Shown piece after piece: positions 9,533 through 18,583 of a DNA stretch of 64,000 nucleotides. The DNA comes from Candidatus Hydrogenedentota bacterium (GTDB lineage Bacteria > Hydrogenedentota > Hydrogenedentia > Hydrogenedentales > SLHB01): positions 1,600,001-1,664,000 of the forward strand of contig CAXXYE010000009.1 in assembly GCA_963674865.2 (NCBI GenBank). Direction: 5' to 3'. The notes under the pieces are model-generated. The model worked only from the letters and a program-made list of their open reading frames with translations, was not told where the DNA came from and searched no databases. The position numbers and the translations under genes were made by a program. The first letter of the stretch is position 1, and every line of letters starts with the position of its first letter.

Positions 9533-11983
9533 TTACTGTTGGATCAACCAGACCTCGGACACCATACAACCGCGCCCGTCAACGAGATTCCATTCGAGGT
9601 CGAGCGTGCCATCCTGCGTGGCTTCATGGGGGATGTAGTACTCGACCGGCCAGATGGGACTGGGCTGTTTCACCGGGCCGTGGATACCGTAAGTGTCGTT
9701 CACGGTGAGCGTCATGGTCGGGTGGTAACGCCCCGCGTAAGTCACGCGTAGGCGGTAGGTTGCGTCGGGGTCGAGCCCGTTATAGTGCATCTTGAGGGGC
9801 GTGCCGTACTGGGCCGTCATCTGCGATTGCCAGGACATGCGAAGTTCCTGGCGAGGCCTGGGGCCGGACCTCCTTTTGGCCTGTTGCTCTTCCTTGAATG
9901 TTGCGTTGGCCTCCTCGAAGGCGCTCTGCGCCTTAGCAATCTCCTCTTTGTCGGCCTTGTAGTATGGGAAGGCCACACGGGGCGAGTGGCAGGCGGAGGG
10001 GTCTTGCTCCCAGGTCTGCTGGTACACGACGTGTGAGAACTCACCAACGGTGCCGAGGTTGTCGTAGAAGCCACCGGGGCCGGGATCCGTCCAGTTCACG
10101 AGCCTATCGATAGCCGCCAACTGGGCCGACTTGTCCGCCATGTCCAGGATCGACTTGAACTGCTGTTCGAGCCAGGGGCGGTCATTGAGGGGCTGATCCA
10201 ACCAATCCAGCATGGCGCCGCGTTCGGGATTCCTCGCCTTGTAAGGCTCCTTCACACTCAACTGGTAGCCGATACTCTTCAGCAGGACGGGCCCCAGGTC
10301 CTCGATGCCTTTGCGGAGCTCGGGGGCGATGGGGGCGTCGGCTTTGGCCAGCGCCGCGAGGGCGTTGGCGATGGCCGTATCCGCGCCGACGGCGGATGCT
10401 TTGGCCAGTGCGGCGTAGGCGGCCTCTTCGTAGCGGGACTCGGCGCGAGCCTTTTCCTGCACGTACGCGTCGAAACGCGCGCGGAAGAGGTACATTTGGG
10501 CGCGCCAGTTCGTGTCAAAATCGGCGCAGCGCTCCGCGATACTTTCCCAAAGTGCCAAGGTCTTGGGAATAGTCGTGTTCTCCAGGATTGGCCCCTGCCA
10601 GTTCTCCTCGAACATCGCCAAGCCCTTGGCAACGTCATCGGCCAATGCAGCGCCCCACCAGACCTTGCCGTATTCCTCGAGCAAGGTGTCCAGGTTGGCC
10701 TTGGGATCCCAGCCGTAGACGCTCCAGACGACCTTGTTGAGATCATCGTGGATCCCGTCCGAGTACGTGCCGAAGCCATCTGTGATGTCCCTATACCGGA
10801 GATAGATGTGTTTCTGCATCTTCGGCATGGGCATCATGGGCTCCCGGTTGACGGTGTTCGCGAAGATGGGATCCCAGTTCGGGATGGGATACTGGCAGCG
10901 GACGGTATGATTGATGTCCGGGTAGCGCCGGAGCGGGAAGCGCTTCGGCGTACGCGCACGCATCTCCTCCCAGCCCATCTTCGTCCACGGGCCGTACACG
11001 ACGCCCGCCAACCATTCGGGGGCCTCCTTGGCAAGGTAGCCGAAGAAATAGTCGTTTTCTTCGAGCGTAAAGGTCTGGTTCGACACCCAGAGCTTCGCGT
11101 TCGGATGGGACTCCTTGAGTAGCGGGGCAAGATCTTCCAGGAATGGCACGAGGTACTCAGCGGGCGTGTTGCCGTCGTCGCCGCCGGGCACAAAGAAGTG
11201 GTCGATCACCGGGAAGTCCGCGAACATGGCCTGGCGTTTTTCGAGAGCCTCCTTCTTGCCTTCAGGCGTCGTAACATCCTCATCTTTCTCCGCCATGACA
11301 GGCGACCAAAGCCAGACGTCGATGCCGTAGGACGCGATAACCGCGGCCAATTTCACGTTCATGGCGCGCATGGCTTCCGCCATGACTGGGCCGTCTTTCT
11401 TATCCGGGTCAAGGTTCGGGATCAATTCGATGCCGTTGCAGCCGAATAGGATCAGGTCCCGGATGTACTGCTCGTACATGTCCACAGTCCACGCATCATA
11501 GGTGTTGGCTGTGTTTCGATAGGCGAGCTGATGCGCGCGGACAGGTACATCCGGGGCGGTGGCGACGGGGGCGGCCAGGACCAGGGCCAGCGTGCCCGGG
11601 CCGCAATCCGCCAGGCGGATCAGCCGCCCGGCGGCGAACATGGCGCCGCGCACATCACGCCCAACGAGTTTCACGGTGTTTCCATCCAGAGCGACGCCGT
11701 ACGCTTCGGCTTTGGCGGGGACTTCGACGCCCGTGATCGAATCCGCCGTGCCGATGAGGATCGCCGGGCCGCCCGCAGGAGCATCATCGGCGATGGCGAG
11801 TTCGACTCCGGAGCGCTCCGCGAGTTCCTCCTGCAGCATTTGGGCCGCCTTGAGAACGACCCCCTCCGCTGGTTTCGGGACGATAACGGCCGACGACAAA
11901 TCCACCGCCGCCCACGATGATGTTGAGCACGCCGCGACCACCAGCACGGCGATTAGAAGCTGTCCCCTTACACTCCTCTTCAT
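9533..11983 (-). CDS. Large secreted protein, putative glycoside-hydrolase-like
   Basis: Signal peptide after MKRSVRG; 'EAYGV...LVGRDVRGAMFAAGRL' is typical of GH20/GH67-type N-terminal domains; family uncertain. Confidence 0.6.
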   Translation of the reverse strand: MKRSVRGQLLIAVLVVAACSTSSWAAVDLSSAVIVPKPAEGVVLKAAQMLQEELAERSGVELAIADDAPAGGPAILIGTADSITGVEVPAKAEAYGVALDGNTVKLVGRDVRGAMFAAGRLIRLADCGPGTLALVLAAPVATAPDVPVRAHQLAYRNTANTYDAWTVDMYEQYIRDLILFGCNGIELIPNLDPDKKDGPVMAEAMRAMNVKLAAVIASYGIDVWLWSPVMAEKDEDVTTPEGKKEALEKRQAMFADFPVIDHFFVPGGDDGNTPAEYLVPFLEDLAPLLKESHPNAKLWVSNQTFTLEENDYFFGYLAKEAPEWLAGVVYGPWTKMGWEEMRARTPKRFPLRRYPDINHTVRCQYPIPNWDPIFANTVNREPMMPMPKMQKHIYLRYRDITDGFGTYSDGIHDDLNKVVWSVYGWDPKANLDTLLEEYGKVWWGAALADDVAKGLAMFEENWQGPILENTTIPKTLALWESIAERCADFDTNWRAQMYLFRARFDAYVQEKARAESRYEEAAYAALAKASAVGADTAIANALAALAKADAPIAPELRKGIEDLGPVLLKSIGYQLSVKEPYKARNPERGAMLDWLDQPLNDRPWLEQQFKSILDMADKSAQLAAIDRLVNWTDPGPGGFYDNLGTVGEFSHVVYQQTWEQDPSACHSPRVAFPYYKADKEEIAKAQSAFEEANATFKEEQQAKRRSGPRPRQELRMSWQSQMTAQYGTPLKMHYNGLDPDATYRLRVTYAGRYHPTMTLTVNDTYGIHGPVKQPSPIWPVEYYIPHEATQDGTLDLEWNLVDGRGCMVSEVWLIQQ

Positions 11984-12196
11984 ACGATCGTCCTCCAGAC
12001 TGATTAGGTTGGTCGAGAATCCGCCCGTGACCGCCGCGGGCAAAGTCTGATCATAGGTGTTGCGCCCAGGGCGTTCAAGACTTCTTTGGGGATTCTCGCA
12101 GGACTGCAAACGCCAGGCTCGGCGTGGTAAAGTCAGAAAGCGAACGGGCCGCTGCGTTCGCCCAGAAGGCATCTCTGAGAAAGGACGGGACACGCG

Positions 12197-13519
12197 ATGA
12201 AGCGACGCGAGTTTCTACAGGCTACGGCGGTGAGTCCCGTGGTAGCGGGCGCTGCCATGGGTGCAGGTGTTACGGGAGAGGAAGGCAAGGGCGTTTCGGC
12301 GATTCCCATTGCGGCCGACGAGACGATCGTCTACGAATCGCCCGATCCTGCAACGGTTTACGCCTATAGCCCGGGGCTGGCCCGGCTCCCCGGCGGCCGC
12401 CTGGTGGCGACAATGGATCAGGGCGGGCCCGGAGTCGAGCACCTGCCGGGCATGAAATTCACGGCCAATGGATATCCTCACAAAGCGAAGATCTGGACCA
12501 GCGATGACCGGGGCAAGACATGGAGCCATCGCGCCGATATCCCCTTGGAACACGCCCGGCCCTTCGCCGCGGGCGGCGCGGTGTATGTCCTTGGGCAGTT
12601 CGAAGATCTAGGTGTGACTCGCTCCGATGACGGCGGCACGACATGGGGGCCGGTGGTTCCGTTGACGCACGGCCAACGCTGGCACCAGGCTCCGTGCAAT
12701 GTCCATTACGTTGGCGGCCGCGTCTACCTCGTCATGGAACGCAAGACCGACGACGACGGCGGTCCATCCTCCCTCGCCCCAGTGCTTATGCGAGCAGAGG
12801 AGGGGGCCGACCTGACGCGACGCGATTCGTGGACCTTTTCGAGTGAGCTCAACTTCACCCAGGCCCTCGAGCTGTTCGGCCCGGCGCACCTCGTAGGCAT
12901 TCCCTTCTTCGCCGAGCAGACACGAGGATGGCTCGAAACGAATGTCGTTCAGTTCACCGATCCCGACCATGTCTGGTACGACTCGGCAGGCCGGACATTT
13001 CACTTGTGGCTGCGTGCCTACACCGGATTGACGGGATATGCGGCCATCGCCAAGGCCGTCGAGGACGACTCGGGAGCTATCACTGTATCTCTCGAGCGGG
13101 CGCCCTCCGGGGAGCCTATCTTATACGTGCCCTGTCCCGGCGGCTATATGAAGTTCCACATCCTCTACGACGGGCAGACGAAGCTGTTCTGGCTGCTGGC
13201 CAACCAGTCCACCGACTCGATGACGCGCCCCGATCGGCTCACCAAGGACCGCGACGAAGCGGAACACCACAAATGGCCCAATAACGAGCGGCATCGCCTT
13301 GTCCTATACTTCTCGCGGAACTGTATGGACTGGGTGTTCGCCTGCCGGATCGCCGACTCGGGAACCTACGGTCAAGGGAGGCACTACGCTTCGATGGTTT
13401 TCGACGGGGATGACCTGCACGTCCTGTCGCGCTCGGGCGACCACCGCGCGAAGGACGCCCACGACGGCAATCTCATCACCTTCCACACAGTCCGAAACTT
13501 CCGCGCGCTGGTCTATTGA
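12197..13519 (+). CDS. Tat-exported sialidase-like beta-propeller (BNR/Asp-box) protein
   Basis: Twin-arginine 'MKRREFL'; Asp boxes 'SDDRGKTW' and 'SDDGGTTW'. Confidence 0.8.
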   Translation: MKRREFLQATAVSPVVAGAAMGAGVTGEEGKGVSAIPIAADETIVYESPDPATVYAYSPGLARLPGGRLVATMDQGGPGVEHLPGMKFTANGYPHKAKIWTSDDRGKTWSHRADIPLEHARPFAAGGAVYVLGQFEDLGVTRSDDGGTTWGPVVPLTHGQRWHQAPCNVHYVGGRVYLVMERKTDDDGGPSSLAPVLMRAEEGADLTRRDSWTFSSELNFTQALELFGPAHLVGIPFFAEQTRGWLETNVVQFTDPDHVWYDSAGRTFHLWLRAYTGLTGYAAIAKAVEDDSGAITVSLERAPSGEPILYVPCPGGYMKFHILYDGQTKLFWLLANQSTDSMTRPDRLTKDRDEAEHHKWPNNERHRLVLYFSRNCMDWVFACRIADSGTYGQGRHYASMVFDGDDLHVLSRSGDHRAKDAHDGNLITFHTVRNFRALVY

Positions 13520-14712
13520 ACAGGCGAGGCCTTGGCGGGCGCCCCCTCAGGGAGTGGGGCTTTTCCGCCCTTGTCCGATGCGGAAGATCCTGCGCCGCTT
13601 CCCTTTTCGGGAGTGCTGTCGGCGGTTGAGTACGTGGGGGGGCCTTGCGCTTCGAGCGAGGCAAATTCCGGTGGGCAGTACACCGACGCTTCGCCGGACG
13701 TGATGGCGGGGAGGCCGTCGAGGGCAGCGGGAACCGGGCCAAAGCGCTCGACCGCCGGCGCTGAACTAGGCACGATGACATTGCGGTGTACGGGGGTGGG
13801 CGTGAGGACGTTGACGGGAGGGGAATCGTCCGGGTCGGCAAGAACCACGCCTCCCGCATCGATAGGATGAAGGCGTGCACTTGTCGGATCTGCGGAGTCA
13901 GTGACGGCGGTCTCTGACGATGGTGGTTCTTGGAGTCCTTTCGACGTGTAATGGCCGACGGCCCAGACGCCCGCCGCCATCACGGTGACGGCAGCGACGC
14001 CTAGTCCGGCCATGGACACCGCGCTTATGCCGGCCACTGTGCCGGTACCGGCCGTTAGGACTGTTGCGCCCGTGCCCAAGGCGGTCTTCCACGGGGCTGT
14101 GGCCGAGGCCACGGTCGCGGCGATGGCGCGCGCATCGGACTTGCGGGGACGTTCGTCCTCGAAAACATCGTGCATTTGATTGATAAGATTGCTGCTCAGG
14201 GCCTTCCGCGCACGGTAAAGACGCTTCTTGACGGCATTCTTCGAGATATCCAGCGAGGCGGCGATCTCGGAAATGTTGAGGCCGGAGAAGTAGAAAAGGA
14301 GGAGTATCTCGCGGTGGATTGGATCCATTGCCATGACTTGCCCCCGGAGCATCGCTCTGAGTTCACGTCCCCCGAAATCGGGAGAGTAGGCTCTGGTATG
14401 AGGAGCAACTTCATCGAGCGCCTCCCGATGGCGCTGTCGGGAGCGGACGAGGGATACGCCCGCGTTTCGGGCAATTGTGAGTAGCCAGGACTTGAATCGG
14501 GCAGGCTCACGCAGAGTATCGAGCGACCTAAACGCCTTTAGGAAAGCCTCTTGGGCCACGTCGAGGGCGTCTTCGCGGTTGCCCGTCTGTGCGTAGGCTA
14601 TGGCGTGAACCATCGGCAAGTAGCGCTCTACGAGGATGTCAAAATCCTCTTGCTGGCCGGACATAACCCGTCGGACAAGTTCGCCATCGTTTTGCCGTTT
14701 TCTTCCAAACAT
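13513..14712 (-). CDS. ECF sigma-70 factor with C-terminal TM and Pro-rich extension
   Basis: 'DALDVAQEAFLKAF', 'FKSWLLTIARN', region 4 'EIAASLDISKNAVKKRLYRARK', then a hydrophobic segment. Confidence 0.9.
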   Translation of the reverse strand: MFGRKRQNDGELVRRVMSGQQEDFDILVERYLPMVHAIAYAQTGNREDALDVAQEAFLKAFRSLDTLREPARFKSWLLTIARNAGVSLVRSRQRHREALDEVAPHTRAYSPDFGGRELRAMLRGQVMAMDPIHREILLLFYFSGLNISEIAASLDISKNAVKKRLYRARKALSSNLINQMHDVFEDERPRKSDARAIAATVASATAPWKTALGTGATVLTAGTGTVAGISAVSMAGLGVAAVTVMAAGVWAVGHYTSKGLQEPPSSETAVTDSADPTSARLHPIDAGGVVLADPDDSPPVNVLTPTPVHRNVIVPSSAPAVERFGPVPAALDGLPAITSGEASVYCPPEFASLEAQGPPTYSTADSTPEKGSGAGSSASDKGGKAPLPEGAPAKASPVQ

Positions 14713-14883
14713 TGCCGGTTTGTCCCATTACCGTGTCTACATACATTATAGACGTTCTAAACCGGGACCTGGGGTCGCGGGAGAGGAGTGGACTTGCAGG
14801 CCGGACCCGTGGCCACGCCATTGACAAGCGCTTGTCCAGATGGTAGCGTGCTGGTGTTCCGGCATCAAGGAGCATTTGGGGCC

Positions 14884-15810
14884 ATGATTTCACCAGGTTT
14901 GGCGCTAGCATTCGGGCTGGAGGCGGTGTTGTACCTCCTTGCCTGCCTTTGGCTTTGGCAAGTATCGGTGATCGGTTTCCCGATCGGGATGATCATCGTC
15001 CTACTCGTGACGGCGTTGATCCTCTTGCGCGTGATGATGCCCTTGGTTGCATTCGTGTTCGCCTACGTGTGGCGCACGCCGCGGCCGCCCGATGCGAAGG
15101 TGGGGCCACTAGGTGGCCTCCGGCTTGTGCTGGCCGACCTTCTGGCATTTCTGGTGCTTGTCTCGCTGCTCATTCCTTTCTCGCGCCGCTTGGTGACAAT
15201 GCGCCGGGGCAGTGTCTCTATCGGAAGCTATTATCCGGTGCTCTTGGTCCATGGATACGGCATGAACGCAGGCGTTTGGGCCCCCATGGTTAACTACTTG
15301 CGGCGGCGCGGCTTGGGGAACGTCTTCACGCTCAATCTCTATCCCAAGTTCGGAGATATTGACGACTTCGCCCAGCAGTTGGCTGCGCGCGTGAACCGGA
15401 TTTGCGATACCACCCGCGCGGGGAAGGTGATCCTGATAGGCCACAGCATGGGGGGGCTCGTGGCCCGGGCGTACGTCGAGCGCTTCGGCGGCGGGGACAG
15501 GGTTGTCAAGGTGATCTATGTCGGCACGCCGCATCATGGTTCGCGTCTGGCGCGGCTTGCGCCGGGGGTCAACGCCCACCAGATGTGTGTGGGAAGCGAG
15601 TGGCTATTGAACCTGAACCGCGACGAGAATCAGCCCTCGCGCATCAAGCACGTGTCGATCTTCAGCGTCCACGACAATGTCGTTGTGCCTCAGAACAGCG
15701 GGGAGTTCGGGAAGGCAAAGAACATCCGCGTTGTCGGCAAGGGACACTTTGCGATGCTGTTCTCCCGGGAGGTGGGCCAACTCGTCTATCGGGAGATCAC
15801 CGCGCTCTAG
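14884..15810 (+). CDS. Membrane-anchored alpha/beta hydrolase (lipase/esterase)
   Basis: 'LLVHGY', nucleophile elbow 'GHSMGG', 'GTPHHGS', Asp 'HDNVV', His 'GHF'; N-terminal TM helices; start uncertain. Confidence 0.9.
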   Translation: MISPGLALAFGLEAVLYLLACLWLWQVSVIGFPIGMIIVLLVTALILLRVMMPLVAFVFAYVWRTPRPPDAKVGPLGGLRLVLADLLAFLVLVSLLIPFSRRLVTMRRGSVSIGSYYPVLLVHGYGMNAGVWAPMVNYLRRRGLGNVFTLNLYPKFGDIDDFAQQLAARVNRICDTTRAGKVILIGHSMGGLVARAYVERFGGGDRVVKVIYVGTPHHGSRLARLAPGVNAHQMCVGSEWLLNLNRDENQPSRIKHVSIFSVHDNVVVPQNSGEFGKAKNIRVVGKGHFAMLFSREVGQLVYREITAL

Positions 15811-15870
15811 GGGGGGGCGGGCGGCCAGAAAGCCACCGAATGACGGGGCCCGAGAGTTCTTGCCGGACTA

Positions 15871-16359
15871 CTAACCTGCCCGGAGCTTCGCAACGACGCG
15901 TTCGGCGACTTCCTCGGGCACGAAGGGCGTGATATCCCCTCCAAACTGCGCCACTTCCTTAACCACGCGACTGCTCAAGAATTGATGTTGAGCACTGGGC
16001 ATGAGACACACCGTGTCCACCTCGGCATTGAGTTCGCGATTCGTCATAGCCATCATCAGTTCGTACTCGAAGTCCGAGGTGGCCCGAAGGCCGCGCACCA
16101 AGGCGACGGCCTTGCAGGAGCGCGCGAAATCAACGCTCAACCGCTCGAAGCTCCGGACCTCGACGGTGGGCATGCCCTCCGAGATGGCTTCGAGCATGGC
16201 AATCCGCTCGGGGACGGAGAACGTGCATTGCTTGGCGTTGTTTCGGGCAACGCCTACAATGAGCCGGTCGAAAATCTTTGTGGCCCGCTGGATCAAGTCA
16301 AGATGCCCGTAGGTGGGCGGGTCGAAACTCCCCGGATACAAAGCGATCCGCTCAGCCAT
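15871..16359 (-). CDS. coaD: Phosphopantetheine adenylyltransferase
   Basis: 'YPGSFDPPTYGHLD', 'RGLRATSDFEYE', 'SSRVVKEVA'. Confidence 0.97.
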   Translation of the reverse strand: MAERIALYPGSFDPPTYGHLDLIQRATKIFDRLIVGVARNNAKQCTFSVPERIAMLEAISEGMPTVEVRSFERLSVDFARSCKAVALVRGLRATSDFEYELMMAMTNRELNAEVDTVCLMPSAQHQFLSSRVVKEVAQFGGDITPFVPEEVAERVVAKLRAG

Positions 16360-17542
16360 CGCTCCATTCTCCCTTAAGTGCCGCGGCGAGCGCGGCTTCG
16401 TAAACGGCGCGCACGGTTACGCCCGCCTCTTGTGCGCGCGTCCGGCAGTCCTCGAATTCCGGCGCTGCACTGCTCGGCCGGCCGTCAAACGCGGCAATCT
16501 TGACGCGTACTTCGCCCCAGGCGGTTGCGACGGATTTCCATTCGCGGGGAAGGCATACGCGGTGCTCCGTCCGAATGCGTACACCAAGGGTGGTCGAGCC
16601 GTGAAACAGCGCGGCCGCCGCCTCGGCGGTTCGCTCGTTGTCGCATAGCACCGTCACCACGTGGGCCGGCCGCCCTTTCTTCCCTATGACGGGAGCGATG
16701 AAGGCGTCGCGCGCACCCGCTTCGAGGGCATCGGCGAGCAGGGGGGGATACAGCTCCGGATTCATGTCGTCGATATTCGCCTCGATTATCGTGATCGGCT
16801 CGAGGCCCGGGAGTAGTCCGTCAGCCTCGCCGATGAAAACGCGAAGCACGTTGGCCCGATCGGGCAAATCGCGTGAGCCGCTCCCATAGCCGACGGTGGC
16901 CGTTCGCAGTAGGGGCATCGGGCCGTAAGTCTCGGCCCACTGCCCCACCAGGGCCGCGCCTGTGGGCGTCACAAGTTCACCGGCGTCTTCGGTTCCGTAG
17001 GAAGGAATCCCTTCGAGCAAGAGGGCTGTGGCCGGAGCGGGAACCGGCATCACGCCGTGGGCGGCCTCGACGAACCCGCCGCCGACGTTCAGCGGAGAGG
17101 CCGTAACGCGCTCTATGTTCAGCAGTTCCAGTGCGAGATTGGCCCCCACAACATCGACGATGGAGTCCACGGCCCCGACTTCGTGGAAGTGGACCTTTTC
17201 GACGGTGCTGCCGTGGACCTTGGCCTCGGCCACGGCGATGCGGCGGAATGTCTCCGTGGCGGCCGCCTTTACCGTATCAGGCAGATCGCCCTGCTCGATA
17301 ATCGCGACAACGTCGGCGAGGTGGCGGTGCGGTTGTTTGACGTCCGGGCTGAGCAGGACCTTGAATTGCGCGGCCTCGATGCCCTTCTTCTTCACGCGTT
17401 CGACCGCGATTTCGTAGCCTGCCACGCCAAGTGAGTCCAGCCCAGCCTGAAGCCGGGCGAAATCGGCCCCGGCGTCGAGCAAAGCGCCGACAAGCATATC
17501 GCCGCTCGCCCCGGAGAAACAATCGATGTAAAGGATTCGCAT
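16352..17542 (-). CDS. larC: Nickel pincer cofactor biosynthesis protein LarC
   Basis: 'DCFSGASGDM', 'VHFHEVGAVDS', 'HGVMPVPAPAT', 'ELVTPTGAA', 'PEFEDC'. Confidence 0.95.
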   Translation of the reverse strand: MRILYIDCFSGASGDMLVGALLDAGADFARLQAGLDSLGVAGYEIAVERVKKKGIEAAQFKVLLSPDVKQPHRHLADVVAIIEQGDLPDTVKAAATETFRRIAVAEAKVHGSTVEKVHFHEVGAVDSIVDVVGANLALELLNIERVTASPLNVGGGFVEAAHGVMPVPAPATALLLEGIPSYGTEDAGELVTPTGAALVGQWAETYGPMPLLRTATVGYGSGSRDLPDRANVLRVFIGEADGLLPGLEPITIIEANIDDMNPELYPPLLADALEAGARDAFIAPVIGKKGRPAHVVTVLCDNERTAEAAAALFHGSTTLGVRIRTEHRVCLPREWKSVATAWGEVRVKIAAFDGRPSSAAPEFEDCRTRAQEAGVTVRAVYEAALAAALKGEWSDG

Positions 17543-17544
17543 GT

Positions 17545-18306
17545 CTACTTCTTTCCGTTCGCAATTCGGTTGATCATGCCTGCCAAGACGCCCGCGCCGA
17601 ATCCGTTATCGATATTGACGACGCAGACGCCGGTAGCGCAAGAGTTGAGCATTCCCAAAAGGGCGGTGACGCCCCCAAAACTCGCGCCGTATCCGATGCT
17701 TGTCGGTACGGCGATAACCGGCTTGTCCACGAGGCCGCCGACGGCGCTGGGAAGCGCGCCTTCCATGCCCGCGCATACGACAACGGCATTGGCGCCTTGC
17801 AGTGTTGAACGGCGGTCCAGGAGCCGGTGGATGCCTGCCACGCCGACGTCGTAAACGCGTTCGACGGCCGTGCCCATGGATTCACAAGCTACAACGGCTT
17901 CCTCCGCCACGGGAATATCCGACGTGCCCGCGGATACTACGGCTACGTAACCGTCAAGTTGTTGGAGCGGCTCCACGGTAATGGTGAGGGCGCGCGCCTC
18001 GGCATGGTGTACGGAATCGGGATGCGCCCCGAGAACGGCCTCGACGACCTCGGCGGAGCAGCGGGTGACGAGCACGTTGCTTCCGTGTTCGCGCATCCGT
18101 GTAACCACCGCTACAACCTGTTCCGGTGTCTTCCCTTGGGCGAAGATCGTCTCCGGATATCCCTTGCGAAGCTGGCGGTGGTGGTCGACCTTGGCGAAGC
18201 CGAGGTCTTCGAATGGAAGGGCACGGAGCCGCTCCGTAGCGTCTTCGGGTGTTAGCGCCCCCGAAGCTACCGACTCGAGCAGCGCTTTCAGTTTCGCTTC
18301 GTCCAC
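17545..18306 (-). CDS. larB: Nickel pincer cofactor biosynthesis protein LarB
   Basis: 'FAKVDHHR', 'AGTSDIPVAEEA', 'DVGVAGIHRL', 'AGMEGALPS', 'VVNIDNGFGA'. Confidence 0.96.
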   Translation of the reverse strand: MDEAKLKALLESVASGALTPEDATERLRALPFEDLGFAKVDHHRQLRKGYPETIFAQGKTPEQVVAVVTRMREHGSNVLVTRCSAEVVEAVLGAHPDSVHHAEARALTITVEPLQQLDGYVAVVSAGTSDIPVAEEAVVACESMGTAVERVYDVGVAGIHRLLDRRSTLQGANAVVVCAGMEGALPSAVGGLVDKPVIAVPTSIGYGASFGGVTALLGMLNSCATGVCVVNIDNGFGAGVLAGMINRIANGKK

Positions 18307-18472
18307 GGTTTAGCCCTCGATGTTGGCGTGTGGAAGCATGTATCTTACGCGAAAAGAAACGGGATTGAAAGTGCGCGAGTCGGCCGCAACGGGGGGCTTT
18401 TCCGCAATCGCCGGGTAGTCCGACGGTGCCGCGCACTCGGCACTTCTGCTTGACTTCATCGCTTGAAGCCTG

Positions 18473-18561
18473 CTCACCCATCAGGCGAGGCCATTCATTC
18501 TGCCAAGTCCTTTGCGCCTAATGACTTGACGCGCGGCACAATTGGCAACGCGGCCACCGGG
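18473..18561 (+). repeat. Dispersed 89-bp intergenic element, copy 1
   Basis: Aligns without gaps to 27516-27604; last 40 bp are 38/40 identical. Confidence 0.85.
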
Positions 18562-18583
18562 CCTTTCGTCGCATAGGACGCGC

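Noticed and set aside
18533..18550. Sigma54 promoter within the 89-bp repeat (CGGCAC...TGGCA)
   Set aside because: GG-to-GC spacing is 8, not the strict 10 needed for -24/-12.
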